Below, piece by piece: positions 1 through 13,216 of a stretch of DNA of 64,000 nt. The stretch is from assembly GCA_951406725.2 (NCBI GenBank), contig OX597823.1, positions 96,162,001-96,226,000 on the forward strand, written 5' to 3'. The notes beneath the pieces are model-generated. The model ran no database searches and had not been told where the DNA came from. It saw only the letters and a list, made by a program, of their open reading frames with translations. The stretch is from Octopus vulgaris (Eukaryota). The translations under genes and the position numbers were made by a program. Position 1 is the first letter of the stretch. The number at the start of each line of letters is the position of its first letter.

Positions 1-496
1 TTCATTCTATTGTTCGCCGAAGAGACTTCAGCAGCTGGAATTTGAAACAATGATGACAACATTTAAGCAAGATGATGATATAAAGAGGGAATTTATAATA
101 TACACACACATGCACGCGCATATGTGTGTGTATATGTATATATATAGATGTCATTAAAACACTTGTCTTTAACCGAATTTGGTTAACAATATCCAGCAAT
201 CAGACACCAATCAATGCAAGTAGAATACACATCGAAAGTAATTCCCTACGGATGACGAATAGATCTAAATAGCATTTAGAAGAATTTCAAGAAATTCAGA
301 GTATTAGACCACAAAACTAGGGATAGAGAAAATCACATCTTTAATTGTTGAATTCACCAAAGAAAGCCGTCGACCGTTTCTGTTGTATCGCCATATTTAG
401 ATTCAAGGAATATCATTCAAACTAATACATCTGAAAATACATGTTAACACGTTTCCAAGGTAATCCAAAAATTAGTTAAATTCAAAGTGAGCAATA

Positions 497-658
497 GGCG
501 CAGGCGTGGCTGTGTGGCAAGAAGCTTGCTTGTCAATCACGTGGTTCTGAGTTCAGTCACTCTGCGTGGCACCTTGGGCAAGTGTCTTTTACCATAACTC
601 CAGACCAACCAAAGCTTCGAGACTGAATTTGGTAGACGGAAACTGAAAGAAGCATGTC

Positions 659-704
<46 letters not shown>

Positions 705-990
705 AGGGAGAGAGAGAAAGAGAAAAGATGAAAAATACTAAAATATTTTCTACCTTATATATATGTGTGTGTGTATATATGTATGATTGTGTGTCTTTGT
801 GTCTGTGTTTGTCCTCCATCCCTGCTTTACAACCGATGTTAGAGTGTTTGCTCCCTGTAACTTAATGGTTCAACAAAAAAGAACTGATAAAATAAGTACC
901 AGGCTTTTCAAAAGATAAGTCCTGAGGTTGATTTGTTCGAATAAAAACATTTCAAGGTGCCCCAGCATGGACGCAGTCTAATGAATAAAA
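497..990 (+). mobile_element. tRNA-derived SINE, interrupted by (TA)n
   Basis: Head GGCGCAGGCGTGGCTGTGTGGCAAGAAGCTTGCT...GAGTTCAGTC has Pol III A/B-box-like motifs; related copies at ~20848, ~45950 and ~55320. Ends approximate. Confidence 0.7.
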
Positions 991-1752
991 CAAATAAAAA
1001 CTAGAGGTGGAGAAAATATCTCCGGTACACGAACACACACTAGGAGAACGTTGAAAAGAAATATAACATTCTAAGAAAAGCCAACCTAGCATTAAACCTT
1101 TGATGACGTCAGTCGATAACGAAAGAATAAAAATAAACATATGAATTCTACGTCACGGCATCCAGAAATATTGAGATCCTACATCACAACAATCAGTTAT
1201 CTATATATTAAATATACCAAACATTTTTAGAAAAATCATGCTTATTATATAAAATGCAATTGTAATTAAGAATCGAAATATTTAAATGTTTTCCAAAATT
1301 TGCGACATTTAATTGTAAAATTACCATTAAAATTTGATAATGTTAATTTAGAAGTAATTACATAATACATTTGTTTTCAAGGGAAAGATCACGTGTAGAA
1401 TTTCCAATATTTTACAATAATGGAACACTTTAAGTCATACTTAATGTTCCTGACTTTTAAATCCCCAGTGATCTTACTAAGATTTGTAGAATTACTTTTT
1501 CATCTATACTTGAATGACACTGATTATGAAATCTAGATTTCCAATTGTTTGTAGATGAACCTGTGTAATAATAATTATGATCCCCTTTTATTACCTTACA
1601 TTGATACACAATATTTTTCATTAAGCACTGATTTCCTATAGGACAAACGATTGTGGTTTTAGAATCACACAGGCATTTTTCACTTGTATTTGGTATTCAT
1701 GATTAAAAGAAGTTTGATTAGTCCTCATCTCAGAATTAGGTGTTAAGGCAGG

Positions 1753-1818
<66 letters not shown>

Positions 1819-4367
1819 TTTTTCCTTCTTTCTTCAAACTCTCTTCCATTTCTCGTCCATACATCTAGGGCAGAGAAGCACATTGTATGCATTCCCAGAT
1901 TACACGCGCAAATTCACAGATAAAATATGTATTTAAAAATTAATAAATAAGTAAATTCATGGATGGATGTTATTTTCACAGCGATAATGCTCTTCTCAGT
2001 ACATGAGCCGTTCCAGTTAATACGATTTTTTGCACTTCCTGTAGGGATGGTGAGCCTGGAATTATTTTCAAATAGGTTTCAGTACCTTTTTTTATCATTC
2101 CTAGAGATCCTACAATCACTGGTACTGTAGTCGCCTTGAGATGCCACAGATTTTTTCAATTTCTATTAGCAGGTCTTTATATTTACTAATCTTGTCAAAT
2201 TCTTTCGCCGCTATATTGTGATCACAGGGAATACTCATGTCAATTTATTAATCCTTTTTGTCTGATCTTTTATAATAATATCCAGTTTATTAGCTTTTAT
2301 AGTCTTGTCGGTCTGCACGGGGAAGTCCCATAGAATCGACACATTTTCTCCCCCAGTCACAGCTTCAGGATGATGTTTATACCATTTGTTAGCGGTTTTG
2401 ATTTTATAATGCCGACATATTATCCAGTGTAAATACTGGCCAACTCTGTCATGTCTTGCTTTATATTCTACAGGTGCTAAGACTCTACACCCTGAGATTA
2501 GGTGGTCTATTGTTTCAATTTCATCGTTACAGAATCGGCAATTTGGGTCAGCTCCATTTTTCATCACTTTGGCTTGGTAGTTCCAGGTAAATAAGCTTTG
2601 GTCTTGAGCAGCTAATATGAAACCTTCACTCTCTGCTTTTAGCCCTGAGCTTCGTAACCATTGGTGTGTGTGTTTCTAGTCGACATCAGCTTATTTGCTA
2701 CCGGCCACATACTTGCCATGGAGAGGTTTCTGTTCCCATCTGCTAGCTAAATTTTCATGTGCTTTTGTCTTTGCAATTAATTTTATTTTCTTTGCAGCTG
2801 CAGTTGGCGTATTTCCTTCAGCCTGATCAATCTGGTGGGTATCTAAGAGATCAGCAGCGAATTTTTTGCTCTCTTTGAGAATAGAGTGAAGTCTTTTCAG
2901 TCTTTCATGTTTTCAACAAGTTTTAGCATCCAATCGTTGGTTGCTTCAAGGTATTTGGCCAGTCCGATTGTATTGGTTTTGTATGTAAGTTCAAGCTGGA
3001 TCAAATTTCGACCTCCCTGAGCTCTGGGAAGGTAAAGGCGATCCACGTCTGCCTTTGGATGGTGCATCTTATTACAAGTCAGTAGCTTGCGGATTTTTCT
3101 GTCAATTTTCATTATTTCACTGGTATTCCAGTTAAGCAAATTGAAGCTATATAGAACAACTGGTACTGCTAAGGAATTTATGGCTAACACCTTATATGCA
3201 TTCAGGTCAGACTTCAGGACTGCTCGAACTCTTCTATAACATTCTTTCCTAACCTTCTCTTTCATGCTTGCATGCTGGATACCAGAGCCTTCATTTATTC
3301 CTAGGTATTTATAGGTTTGTTCCTACTCAAGTTCCTTTATTACTATTTCGACATCTAATTCAATTGAACTAGACTTTACCAATTTCCCTTTCTTAAAAGT
3401 GGCTTTGGCACACTTTTCAAGGCTAAACTCCATCCCGATATCATCACTGAATCCTTTCACAGTATGTAATAATCCTTCAAGCTCTTCATCATCTTTGCCA
3501 TATAGCTTTAAGTCATCCATATAAAATAGATGGCTTATTTTTCTGTTGTCAATTTTGTAGCCATATCCTGTTCTATTCAGTTCACTTGAGAGTGATATTA
3601 GTGCTATGCAGAAAATTAGTGGTGAAAGTGAGTTACCTTGTAAAATTCCACAGTTTATGCTAATGTTGTTTGAGTGCAATACTCCATTAGAATGATATAA
3701 TTGGAGCTTCGTGTTCCATAGTGACATATTATACTTTAAAAAATCTGAAATCACAGGAGAAATTTTGAAAATGTCCAGCGATTTCAGAATCCACGAATGT
3801 AGTATGCTGTCAAAGGCTTTTTTTATAATCAATCCACGAAAAGCTGAGATTTCTGCGCTTGTTATGGCAGTTCTCAAGGATCATGCGATTAATTAGGATC
3901 TGATCTTTGCATCCGTATGAGCCTCGTCTGCATCCTTTTTGTTCAATGGGAAAGAGGTTATTCTCTTCCATAAACGTATGTTTTCCCTACTAGAATAGAT
4001 GTCAAAATCTTATAGGTAGTAGATAAACATGTTATAGGCCGGTAGTTTTTGGGGTCTTTCGTTTTGTTATTTTTGGGGAGGAGGTAAGTAATACCATTTG
4101 CCATCCAATGTGGTGTTTTTTCCGGGTCTTTCATAAAACTATTAAATAGTAATACTAACATTTTGTGTGCTGACGAGAGTGATGAGAGCCAGAAATTTGG
4201 TACTCTATCAATACCAGGGGATTTCCACTTATGAGCCTTCGTTAGTGCCTTCCTTAGGTAGGCGATTGACATGTCTTCCCATACCTGTTCTTGCAGGTAT
4301 GATTTTTGCAGTCATCTTGGGTGCGTTTGATCCACTCTGCATTTTCATTGTATGGTTTCTTTGTATG

Positions 4368-4368
<1 letters not shown>
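1819..4368 (-). mobile_element. R4/Dong-like non-LTR retrotransposon (RT plus restriction-like endonuclease), 5'-truncated and frameshifted
   Basis: ORF pieces: KSPGID...NYRPITCL, GILQGNSLSPLIF, YMDD, CRFC...ETIDHLISGC zinc knuckle, RHD motif, ILWDFPVQTDKTIKANKLDI (PD-type nuclease region). Flanked by (TAA)n on both sides (1753-1818, 4369-4434). Confidence 0.85.
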
Positions 4369-4435
<67 letters not shown>

Positions 4436-4589
4436 ATCTAGGTGCTAACTGTTATCAGAATCGGAATTAATTTTACTTAAAGAATCGAAATCTACTTTAA
4501 AAAAATTATCATTACAATTAATTTCACAAATCACACTATCGATTCTAGTCTTCTTTACAGATTATGAGTTACGCTATTCTCTAATTTCC

Positions 4590-4795
4590 CGTTTGTTATG
4601 TGCTGCTAAAATCTCAGCTAAATTTCTGGTGGTTGAATACAAAAGTTTTATACTATGGCGATTAAATAATTTCCTGTATATATTTGAAGGTGGGAAATAT
4701 TTATCTAACGCAGCAAAGAACTTTTAAGGAATATTGGTAGCTATTGAATATGTGAAAGGTGCATTATGCCATATAATATTCCTTGATTCATTCGT
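4590..4795 (-). mobile_element. Penelope-like element relic (RT-endonuclease linker)
   Basis: Manual translation RNIIWHNAPFTYSIATNIP*KFFAALDKYFPPSNIYRKLFNRHSIKLLYSTTRNL resembles the PLE linker motif; contains a stop codon. Confidence 0.6.
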
Positions 4796-5278
4796 TTTAT
4801 TATTTATATATAAGCTTCCTTTTGTATTAACATTATTACTATTTGATTTTTTCTCACTGTAAATAATATTCTTAAATTTATGTATATCAATAGATTCTTC
4901 TTCTTCTTCTTCTTCTTCTTCTTCTTCTCTTCTTCTTCTTCTTCTTCTTCTTCTTCTTCTTCTTCTTCTTCTGTTTCTTATTCTTTATGCTAAGCATATA
5001 TTTGGTATCTACAGAGTTGGATCCATGCTTTTTAATAATGCGTTCATCTTCAAAACTCCGATCACATTTGTATCATTTTCTTCTTGCTTTTATTTACCTT
5101 TGTTAAAGAAGATTGTTTGATGCTTTTATTTCCATCTTTATCTTTTTTACACTCACCTTCATGTTCCAGTTTATTTAATATTCCCAGAAATGACAGAATA
5201 AGTTCTCTCAACCTCTGGAACATCCTTAGTGAAACGTGTGGAAATGTATATATATAGATATGTATATGTATACATACT

Positions 5279-5338
<60 letters not shown>

Positions 5339-5346
<8 letters not shown>

Positions 5347-5493
5347 CTAGAGGCATTACTATACATAAATGCCACACGCTAAGAGGGACTCTTAAAGTCA
5401 AAATTACCAAAATAAATAAATTTTGGTAGTTTTGATTTTCAGAGTCCCTCCTAGTGTGGCATTTATGTATAGTAATGGCCTCTAGATAATATA
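5339..5493. repeat. ~155-bp fold-back inverted repeat next to (TA)n
   Basis: TATTATCTAGAGGCATTACTATACATAAATGCCACAC...ACCAAAAT pairs with ATTTTGGT...GTGTGGCATTTATGTATAGTAATGGCCTCTAGATAATA. Confidence 0.85.
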
Positions 5494-5613
5494 AATAAAT
5501 ATATTTAAGAGAAAAATTGATGCTTTTTTTGTCTCTTATGAGGTTTTTTGTGCTAACTACTTGATAAATTCTTATAAAGATTTTATAAAGATTTATAAAG
5601 ATTTTATATAAAG

Positions 5614-5644
<31 letters not shown>

Positions 5645-6009
5645 TTCAATTCGAAAAATCACTTAGTTCAATTTGAAAAATCCACCAGAATGGACGAAAG
5701 CGCTAATATATGATATATGATATAAGTTATATGATGCATAAAAACATGTAATATACAAATAAATATCTGTGAATATAAAACCATCCGAATTTCTGAGTAC
5801 CTCATTTCTTCTAATATACAATACCTGTACATCATCTCCAAACACATATATGTATGTGTATGTACGTTTATGTATGTATGTATGTATGTATGTATGTATG
5901 TATGTATGTATGTATGTATGTATGTATGTATGTATGTATGTATGTATGTATGCATACAGATGTATACTTTGATGCTTTTATACTTTGATAGATTTCAGCC
6001 AGTATTGGT

Positions 6010-8495
6010 CCAGGCCATGTCTAACTTAATAGCACCACCTGGCAAAGTCATTCAAACCAGGAATCGGACAACATGGCCAGCTCAAGTAGAGAGTTATTGT
6101 TTAGGGAGACATATCCGGGTGTAGGAGGTTTATCCGGGATTTTTTAAAGGAATTTATCTAAAGACTTCTTGAACATTATGGGGTCTGTTTCTGCTTTAAT
6201 ATGTTTTGGTGTAATGTTAAAGAGAGCGGGGCCAATTGAGGTGAAATAATTGTGCTATATAGTTATGTGATGCGAGTATGATTTTTGTCCTGGGCAGATA
6301 GCATGGGGCCCAAGTCTTGGGTGTATCTTAAAGGTGATGTGAACATCATTTGGACAATGCTTATTGAATATTTTCCACCTCATGCAGATGATGTAGCGCT
6401 CACGGCAGTGGTGGAGAGAATAAGGCTTGAACTTTTCTAGTCGACCCCAATAGTGAAGGCCTGTTATGCCATCTATCTTTTTTGTAATTGACCTTTGCGG
6501 TGCTTCAGTTTTCATGATACTTTGTTTCGTGTAGGGAGACCACAGTGGACAACAGTATTCAAGGTGGAGGTCAAAAGTGGAGAAGAGAAGGATAAGGGAG
6601 TGGATATCTCTTGACTGGACAGTTCTGAGAATCCAGGATCACATTGTGCGGGCCATATCGACTTTGCTGTTTATATGAGTGGCCCAGCATATAATGTTGT
6701 TCACAATTGCTACCAAGTCTCAGATGTTGGATGCCATGAGAGTTTTATCTGAAATAGGATACCCCGAGTTTCAGGGTATCCTATTTTCCGAAGTGGAATA
6801 ACTTAAATTTGTCCTTGTTCAGCAGCATAATATTCTTTCCCGCCCATCGGATTATTACAGCCAGTAGGTCTGACTGATGGCATGTCCGGTCACCCACTTC
6901 TGTGACGACCCTCTGGATCTTGGAATCAAAGATTCTTATGATACTGTGCTTGATGATGTTAGTAATGTCATTGATATAGTGGGCCTGACACAGTGCCTTG
7001 AGGAACACCACTACTGACTTTGGCTGGCGTTTGATTTTACTGTTTCAACTACAACGTGATGGGTTTTGCTTGTCAGGATCCATTGTAATGACTTTGCAGA
7101 GACACGAATTTTGGATAGTATTTTCCAAGAGGATCGTATGATCCACTCGGTCAAAGGCCTTGCAGAAATCAAAGTAGATGACATCAGTATCTGATTCCTC
7201 TCCCAAAGCTCTCAAAATGTCATCAAAGTGATGCAGGAGCTATGTTAGACAGTTCCGTCCATTACGGAACCCATGTTGGTTGGGGTTCAGCACTCTGTTG
7301 CTTTTAAGAAAGTGGATTATCCGTGATCTCACCACCTTCTCAAATACCTTGATAATTGAGAGGTGAGTGAGATCAGATGGTAGTTCGCTGCACGGGACTT
7401 GTTTCCCTTTTTGAAAACTGGGACAACAGACTGGAACAGAAAGTTTTCAGGAATATAACCATCATCCAGTGAGTTCCTCCACTCTTTAGCAAGAGATGCA
7501 AGTTGGTGTCGGCACACCTTCGGGGCACAATCAGGGAACCTACCAGGGCCTACTGATGAATTGTGTTTGATTTCGTTTATTGTCGCTAAGACATCACGGG
7601 CACCAAACGTTATGTCCGATATAGTGCGTTGATACAGTCCAGATCGGCCATATCAGGGTTTCTTAAAACAAAGCAGTACTGTTTCTGCAGTATCTCACTC
7701 ATGGTTTTGGCATTATCTTGGAGATTGCCAATTTCATCAATTAGAGAGTCAACAGTGGAGACAGTGACCCTGTGTTTTTTTCGCAAAACAGAATAACTCT
7801 TTGGGGTTGAGTTTGATTTTCTCAATGGCCCATTTCTCCTCAGCTGTTCTTTGGTTATTGATGATGGCCGTAATGCATCGTTGGAGGTTATATGTTTTTT
7901 TATTCGAGCAGGGTGATAGCTGTCGAATATATATGTGGTTGTCGGAGGTATTTTAGTTTGTTAATTTTTTTCTTTGTTCTTTTTATTTTTCTGATAATCG
8001 TTTTTCTGTTTTGGGGAATTCTGCACTTAGTTTCCTTAATAGGTCTCAGTGGGGTGTGTTTAGCACATATGTTTGTGACGGTGTCTACAAAGATCTGCCA
8101 AGATATTTTGATACTGAAGGAGGTGTGTGCATGTGTCAAAGACCAGTAAACATGTGATAGACTATTTATGATTGCGTCCCAGTCGGCATCATAGAGATCC
8201 ATAGTGTGAAATGGGTGGGCTGGAGAGAGGTCGCTAGGGTTAGCTTTCGGCTGGAGAAATCTCAGATTACAGAGAACCATGTCATGGTCTGAAAGAAGGG
8301 TTTTTTCCCCACTGAAATATTGTGTATTGTGTTAGTGAGGTTACTGAATACAAGGTCTAAAATGTTCTGATATCTTGTTGGTGCAAAGATAAGTGGGGAC
8401 AAGAAAAACTCATTCATAAAGTCGAGAAGTGACTCTACTGCTTCTTTGTCAGCAATTGAGGTGGGAGGCCTGATTTCAAACTGTTTGTAGACCAA
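6010..8495 (-). mobile_element. Degenerate CR1/L2-group LINE (APE endonuclease end plus RT)
   Basis: PTRYQNILDLVFSN (APE C-terminus), VVPVFKKGNKSRAANYHLISLTS, YFDFCKAFDRVD, YINDI, LHLEYCCPLWSP and RERY-like motifs; many stops and frameshifts. Confidence 0.75.
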
Positions 8496-8823
8496 TCAGC
8501 ACATGAAGCTAGCATGCCTCACTGCACATGAAACCGTGTGCTGGCATCTGTTCGCGCGCTACAGAAGTAGTCCGGGAACTTTTTGATACCACTTCGTATG
8601 TGTTTGCGTAACCTGTGCTCTTCTGTTTTGCTATGACTATTGCCCTTCCACTCAGAGCAACGTAATATTTCTTTTCCGTAATGGGATGAACTAAAGTTGC
8701 TGATATGATTAAAACCCCTCAAAGGTCTCTTTCTAATGGAAGGGAGCAGATAAAGAATAAGAGACAGAAAATCATTCAATTTTAAAAATGGACGTTGATG
8801 GTGTTTTATTATTGTTTGCTTAC

Positions 8824-8978
8824 CAAAGACAACTGAGGGAATGTAGGATCCAGAACCACCAACAGCATTGAGAAAACGTAACACATATATGGCATAAATG
8901 TTGGAGATTAAAGCATTTGCTATTCCAGATGACCCTTGCAAAAATAAACACGCAATTATCACTTTCTTACGACCAAAT
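8824..8978 (-). CDS. SLC22-family organic cation transporter, coding exon 4 (155 nt)
   Basis: ttttttcag acceptor and gtaagc donor; encodes (R)FGRKKVIIACLFLQGSSGIANALISNIYAIYVLRFLNAVGGSGSYIPSVVF, completing the MFS signature GxLSDRFGRK; phase 2 to phase 1. Confidence 0.92.
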
Positions 8979-9029
8979 CTGAAAAAAATTGAAGAGACAA
9001 ACTTAAATTTCATCTGATTAAACGCACAC

Positions 9030-9085
<56 letters not shown>

Positions 9086-9086
<1 letters not shown>

Positions 9087-9570
9087 AGGTGTACTCAAAA
9101 GGTATCCAAATCTAATGTTTTTTCCTCCAAATCTAATGTCACGTGGGCAAAATACTTTGGATGGGGGGATAACACTGCCCTTCCTGCGCCTGTAGGTTGC
9201 ATCAGTTCTCGGCTGTTATGCTTAAAGTACAGATATGTGGTTCTCACTCTGATTTTCGTTTTACCGTCAGATGTCCAAGTGCACCAAGCAGAGATATTGC
9301 ATCATGTTTGGCCAAAATCTTGGGGGTACTCAAGCTCAAACCATCCAGAGAATTCAACAAACCAATGGCGATATGATACCATGGACAAAACTCAAATTAA
9401 GGAGTGGTATAACTGTTTCAAACACAGCTTCTACTGAGTGGTGAGTGAGGAATGTTCAGGCAGGCCATCCACAAGCGGAAACAAGGCGGTGATTGAGAAG
9501 ATTCGGCGAATAGTTATGGAAGGACATCATGTAACAATCCAGGAAATTACTTATGAAATAAGTTATCCAT
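9086..9570 (+). mobile_element. Mariner 5' fragment (transposase HTH region)
   Basis: TIR-like start GAGGTGTACTCAAAAGGTATCC; frameshifted translation ...MDKTQIKEWYNCFK...SGRPSTS...IEKIRRIVMEGHHVTIQEI. Confidence 0.7.
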
Positions 9571-10443
9571 GAATTCCATAGAATCTTTAAATCATCAGAT
9601 CTTTTGTCCCCCATTTTCCCTTTTGTGTAATTACTTTGGTGAAGAGTTCTTTTATATTATTTGCTTACATTTTCATGTTTTTTTATATTATTTTTACTTC
9701 ACCTCTTTTTATTTCTTCTTGTTATTTTGCTTAAATTAAGGATGGGGAATTCCTGAATTTCTTTCTAGCATTTGAACTTAATTGATATGAGGATATCCAA
9801 ATGCGATGAACATTTTTTTCTATAATAATAGCAACACAATATATCTTTACTTTGATATTTACTTCTATGGCCCAAATCCATGTAATTTCGTCCAATTCTG
9901 GCCTTAAGTACACTGTATATATAAAGAGTGGACTTTATTGTGTATATTTAAAGTTGAACAGTTGATGTTCCGCTAATCTGATGACCTAGCTTTCTTTATT
10001 TGCTTTAATTTGTGAAGAAACGGTTGTACTGTTTATTCATGTGTCTTTTACTTGTTTCAGTCTTTCGACTGTGGCCATGCTGGGGCACTGCCTTGAGGAA
10101 TTTCTAGTCAAATGAAACGATCCCAGGACTTTTTTCTCAAGCCTGGTACCAATCTTATGGTATGTAGAAATTTATAAACGTTTAGGTATTTCTCAGCCAG
10201 AGTTTACCATCTACCTACATTCTTTTGTTAAAAACAAAACGTTGAGGCACCCAATTACTAAGGACTTGAATACTGGACTTTGTACCTTTGACCTTTGCAT
10301 TGTCAAATCCAATACATCCAATAATACCAAAAGCAACAACAATACTCTCACAACTCGTGCCTATCTAACAAAAGAGAAACACCTACACACTTGTCTACGT
10401 TATTTATAATTGATGGACATTTGTCCTCATCTTGTTTGTTGTT

Positions 10444-10490
10444 AACACAAACGTTTCGGCTGATATACCCTCCAGGTTTCATCAGGTGTC
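10444..10490 (-). ncRNA. Minimal hammerhead ribozyme motif (stem II partly mutated)
   Basis: GACAC CUGAUGA A ACCUG-loop-CAGCC GAA ACGU UU GUGUU. Confidence 0.6.
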
Positions 10491-10529
10491 TTGGGGAAAT
10501 TTTGAACCTGGGTTCTCATTTTTCGATGC

Positions 10530-10600
<71 letters not shown>

Positions 10601-10759
10601 TCACTGCTTGGAATCTAATTTGGAATCTTGGGGTTAGTAGTCTGCACTCTTAACCACTATGCCATATGCCTGGGCATATAGCATAAGGGTTAAGAGTGCG
10701 GGCTAACCCCAAGATTCCGAATTTGATTCCAGGTAGTGACCTGAATAATAATAATAATG

Positions 10760-10810
<51 letters not shown>

Positions 10811-10857
10811 TCGAAAAATACCTTAGGAATGAGAACCTAGGTTCAAAATTTCCCCAA

Positions 10858-10903
10858 GACACCTGATGAAGGCTGGAGAGTATATCAGCTGAAACGTTGT
10901 GCT
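10858..10903 (+). ncRNA. Minimal hammerhead ribozyme motif
   Basis: GACAC CUGAUGA A GGCUG-GAGAGUAUAU-CAGCU GAA ACGU U GUGCU; palindromic stem III ACGU. Confidence 0.7.
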
Positions 10904-11329
10904 AACAACAAACAAGATGAGGACAAATATCCGTCAATTTTAAATAATGTAAATAATGTACATAATTCCTCATCTCTTTAATATAGAACTGTATTACTAC
11001 ACACTTGTCTACAAATTTCTACCTGCATGAATAAATTCTAAACAATAACATCTTCCCAAATTTAATCAATAAAAATTTCTCCAGAACACCTCTCCATAAT
11101 AACTAGCCATAAACACGTGATTATCACTCCACTCAAACCGACAGACCCAAGGAAGATTCTAGCTCAAGAGACTATATAAAGGCAAGACTAACTCTAATGT
11201 ATTGCAGTCTGACTATGGCTTAGCTACCCGAATCTTCGAAGTCACTGTCAACAACATTCTTGCTTAAGAATAATAAATATTCATTTATATATATAAACAT
11301 ATATATAGGCGTGTGTGTAGAATCATCAT

Positions 11330-11749
11330 TATTTCTAATTCTCTCTAAAGGAGACTATGGCAGCGGTACTGGATATAAATAGTTATCGCCAAGCTAATAT
11401 GGCAGTCCAGATAAATAGGACAAATGCTGCCGTTGATTAGCTCCAAGAGGCCATCGACTCTAAGCTAGCTATGTGACACACAAACGTGTGTCCATTATAA
11501 ACTTCGAACAAGGGAAGTCAGCAGCTTCCCCTTGCTGGTCAGATAAGAGGCAAACACTTCAAAACTAGTCTGTGGATGCCAGCCCATCAAGGGGAAGCTG
11601 TTGACCTCCCTTGTTCGAAGGTTATAATGGACACAGGTTTGTGTGTCACATAGCTAGCTTAGAGCCGATGGCCTCTTGGAACTAATCAACGGCAGCATTT
11701 GTCCTATTTATCTGGACTACCATGTTAGCTTGGCGATAACTATTTATAT
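11330..11749. mobile_element. Fold-back PLE-derived/retrozyme-like element (family of 41021-41815)
   Basis: Inverted arms ~11373-11534 and ~11588-11749; clearly similar to 41040-41240; degenerate HHR in the centre (GAUAA GAGG CAAACA CUUC AAA ACUAGU C, ~11542-11570). Confidence 0.7.
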
Positions 11750-11767
11750 ATATATGTATATATATAT

Positions 11768-12340
11768 ATAATGGTTGTATACTGTCAATCTAACAAGAAC
11801 GTGACAGTAGGGGGTACACCACCGTTATATAGCCCTAGGAGGCATCGAACGCCTCCTGACAGCTCGACACATTTTATCCTGTGTCCTTAAATACACATAC
11901 GAAGGGGAGACAAACACCCCCAACTGCCGGAACTGCATCTAGGGACACCGTGTTTCAGGATCATTGTCCTTCATCGGCCTAGAGTAGCAGACACCGGTCA
12001 GCTGGCGATGTCTGTCTCGACTTCGTATCTGTATATACCTATAGTCAGTGAAGTCTATTCACTGATTATCAAAATAAGAAATATTGAGTTTCTAAATCTC
12101 TCGTAGAGAGGTGTACGGTGGTGGAGCGATATAATGGTTGTATACTGTCAATCTAATATGTGTATATAAGGACACAGGATAAAATGTGTCGAGCTGTCAG
12201 GAGGCGTTCGATGCCTCCTAGGGCTATATAACGGTGGTGTACCCCCTACTGTCACGTTCTTGTTAGATTGACAGTATACAACCATTATATCGCTCCACCA
12301 CCGTACACCTCTCTACGAGAGATTTAGAAACTCAATATTT

Positions 12341-12345
<5 letters not shown>
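11768..12345 (-). mobile_element. Retrozyme-like element: 363-nt monomer plus inverted segment, within (TA)n
   Basis: ATGGTTGTATACTGTCAATCTAA recurs at 11771 and 12134 (period 363); 12157-12345 is an inverted copy; one HHR in the monomer; no ORF. Confidence 0.75.
11938..11983 (-). ncRNA. Minimal hammerhead ribozyme motif (U4C variant)
   Basis: UCUAGG CCGAUGA AGGA-CAAUGA-UCCU GAA ACAC-G-GUGU C CCUAGA; all three stems pair; GUC triplet. Confidence 0.75.
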
Positions 12346-12398
<53 letters not shown>

Positions 12399-13170
12399 TG
12401 ACAAAGAACAATTTTTGCCTCTTTTTATGGAGACAAAAGGGTTTTTAAGACTGCAAAAGAGTGCTCAAATGAAATTGAGACAGATTAAAAATAAAAAAAG
12501 AAATTGATTAGAGAACAGACATCAAATTCGAGTTGACGACTTTATATAACACCATGCTTCCATACATTTGATCATATATAAATATAACCATAACCTTCAA
12601 CATATAAAGAATACATATATAAAAAAAAAACACAAAAGGAAAAATATATATACACGCATATAAAAATACAGATAACTGCCTATCACAAAGTTCCACAATT
12701 GAATAAAAATTCTAAAGTGTGTCAAGCAACAAAAAATCTAAATAAAATATGAATACACTAAATTTTTTATTATTCCCCTGAATTAAAAATATGTCAAAAA
12801 GTTCATTTCATTAAAACCATTGGTAGGCTGGAGTTAAATTTTTTTAGTCAATTGATATTTTTATTTAGGTTTTTAGTTGCATGACATGCTTTAGAATTTT
12901 TAGTCAATTGTATAAACCTTCTTGATAGGCCGTTCTATATATTCGTATTTTTATTTGCATATATTTTTTTTACCTTCTGTGTTTTTTTTATATATGTATT
13001 CCTTTTAAATCCATGTTTGTTCTCTAACCAATGTTTTTCTATATATATACATATATATATATAATACATACCAGAGTAAGCACATAAATGCGAAACAAGG
13101 TGGAAAAAATAGTGCTCGAATACCAGAGGTAGAGTAATATGCTTTATTAAAAAGCAGCAAAAATATCACA

Positions 13171-13216
13171 AAAACTGTTACTCAGAGTTTCACGTTCCCA
13201 TTTGTCAGACAGTTTT
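13171..13216 (-). ncRNA. Minimal hammerhead ribozyme motif (G8A mutated copy)
   Basis: AAAACUGU CUGACAA AUG-GGAA-CGU GAA ACUC-U-GAGU A ACAGUUUU; 8-bp stem I; same family as 30531-30577. Confidence 0.65.

Larger units (their letters stand above)
10399..10996. mobile_element. Head-to-head palindromic pair of a tRNA-head/hammerhead SINE with a 16-bp TSD
   Basis: Arms 10399-10670 (-) and 10672-10996 (+); TSD CTACACACTTGTCTAC at 10383-10398 and 10997-11012. Confidence 0.8.

Noticed and set aside
1-1750. Expected SLC22 exon 5
   Set aside because: No segment with suitable splice sites and an ELVGP...WR-like motif was recognised; it probably lies outside the window.
8519-9085. 188-aa ORF as a single-exon gene
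   Set aside because: Only 8824-8978 is an SLC22 exon bounded by splice sites; the rest is intron and microsatellite.
9978-10028. CTGATGA...GAAACGGTTGTA, and a similar motif at ~20395-20420, as hammerheads
   Set aside because: Stems I and II do not pair convincingly; at best heavily decayed.
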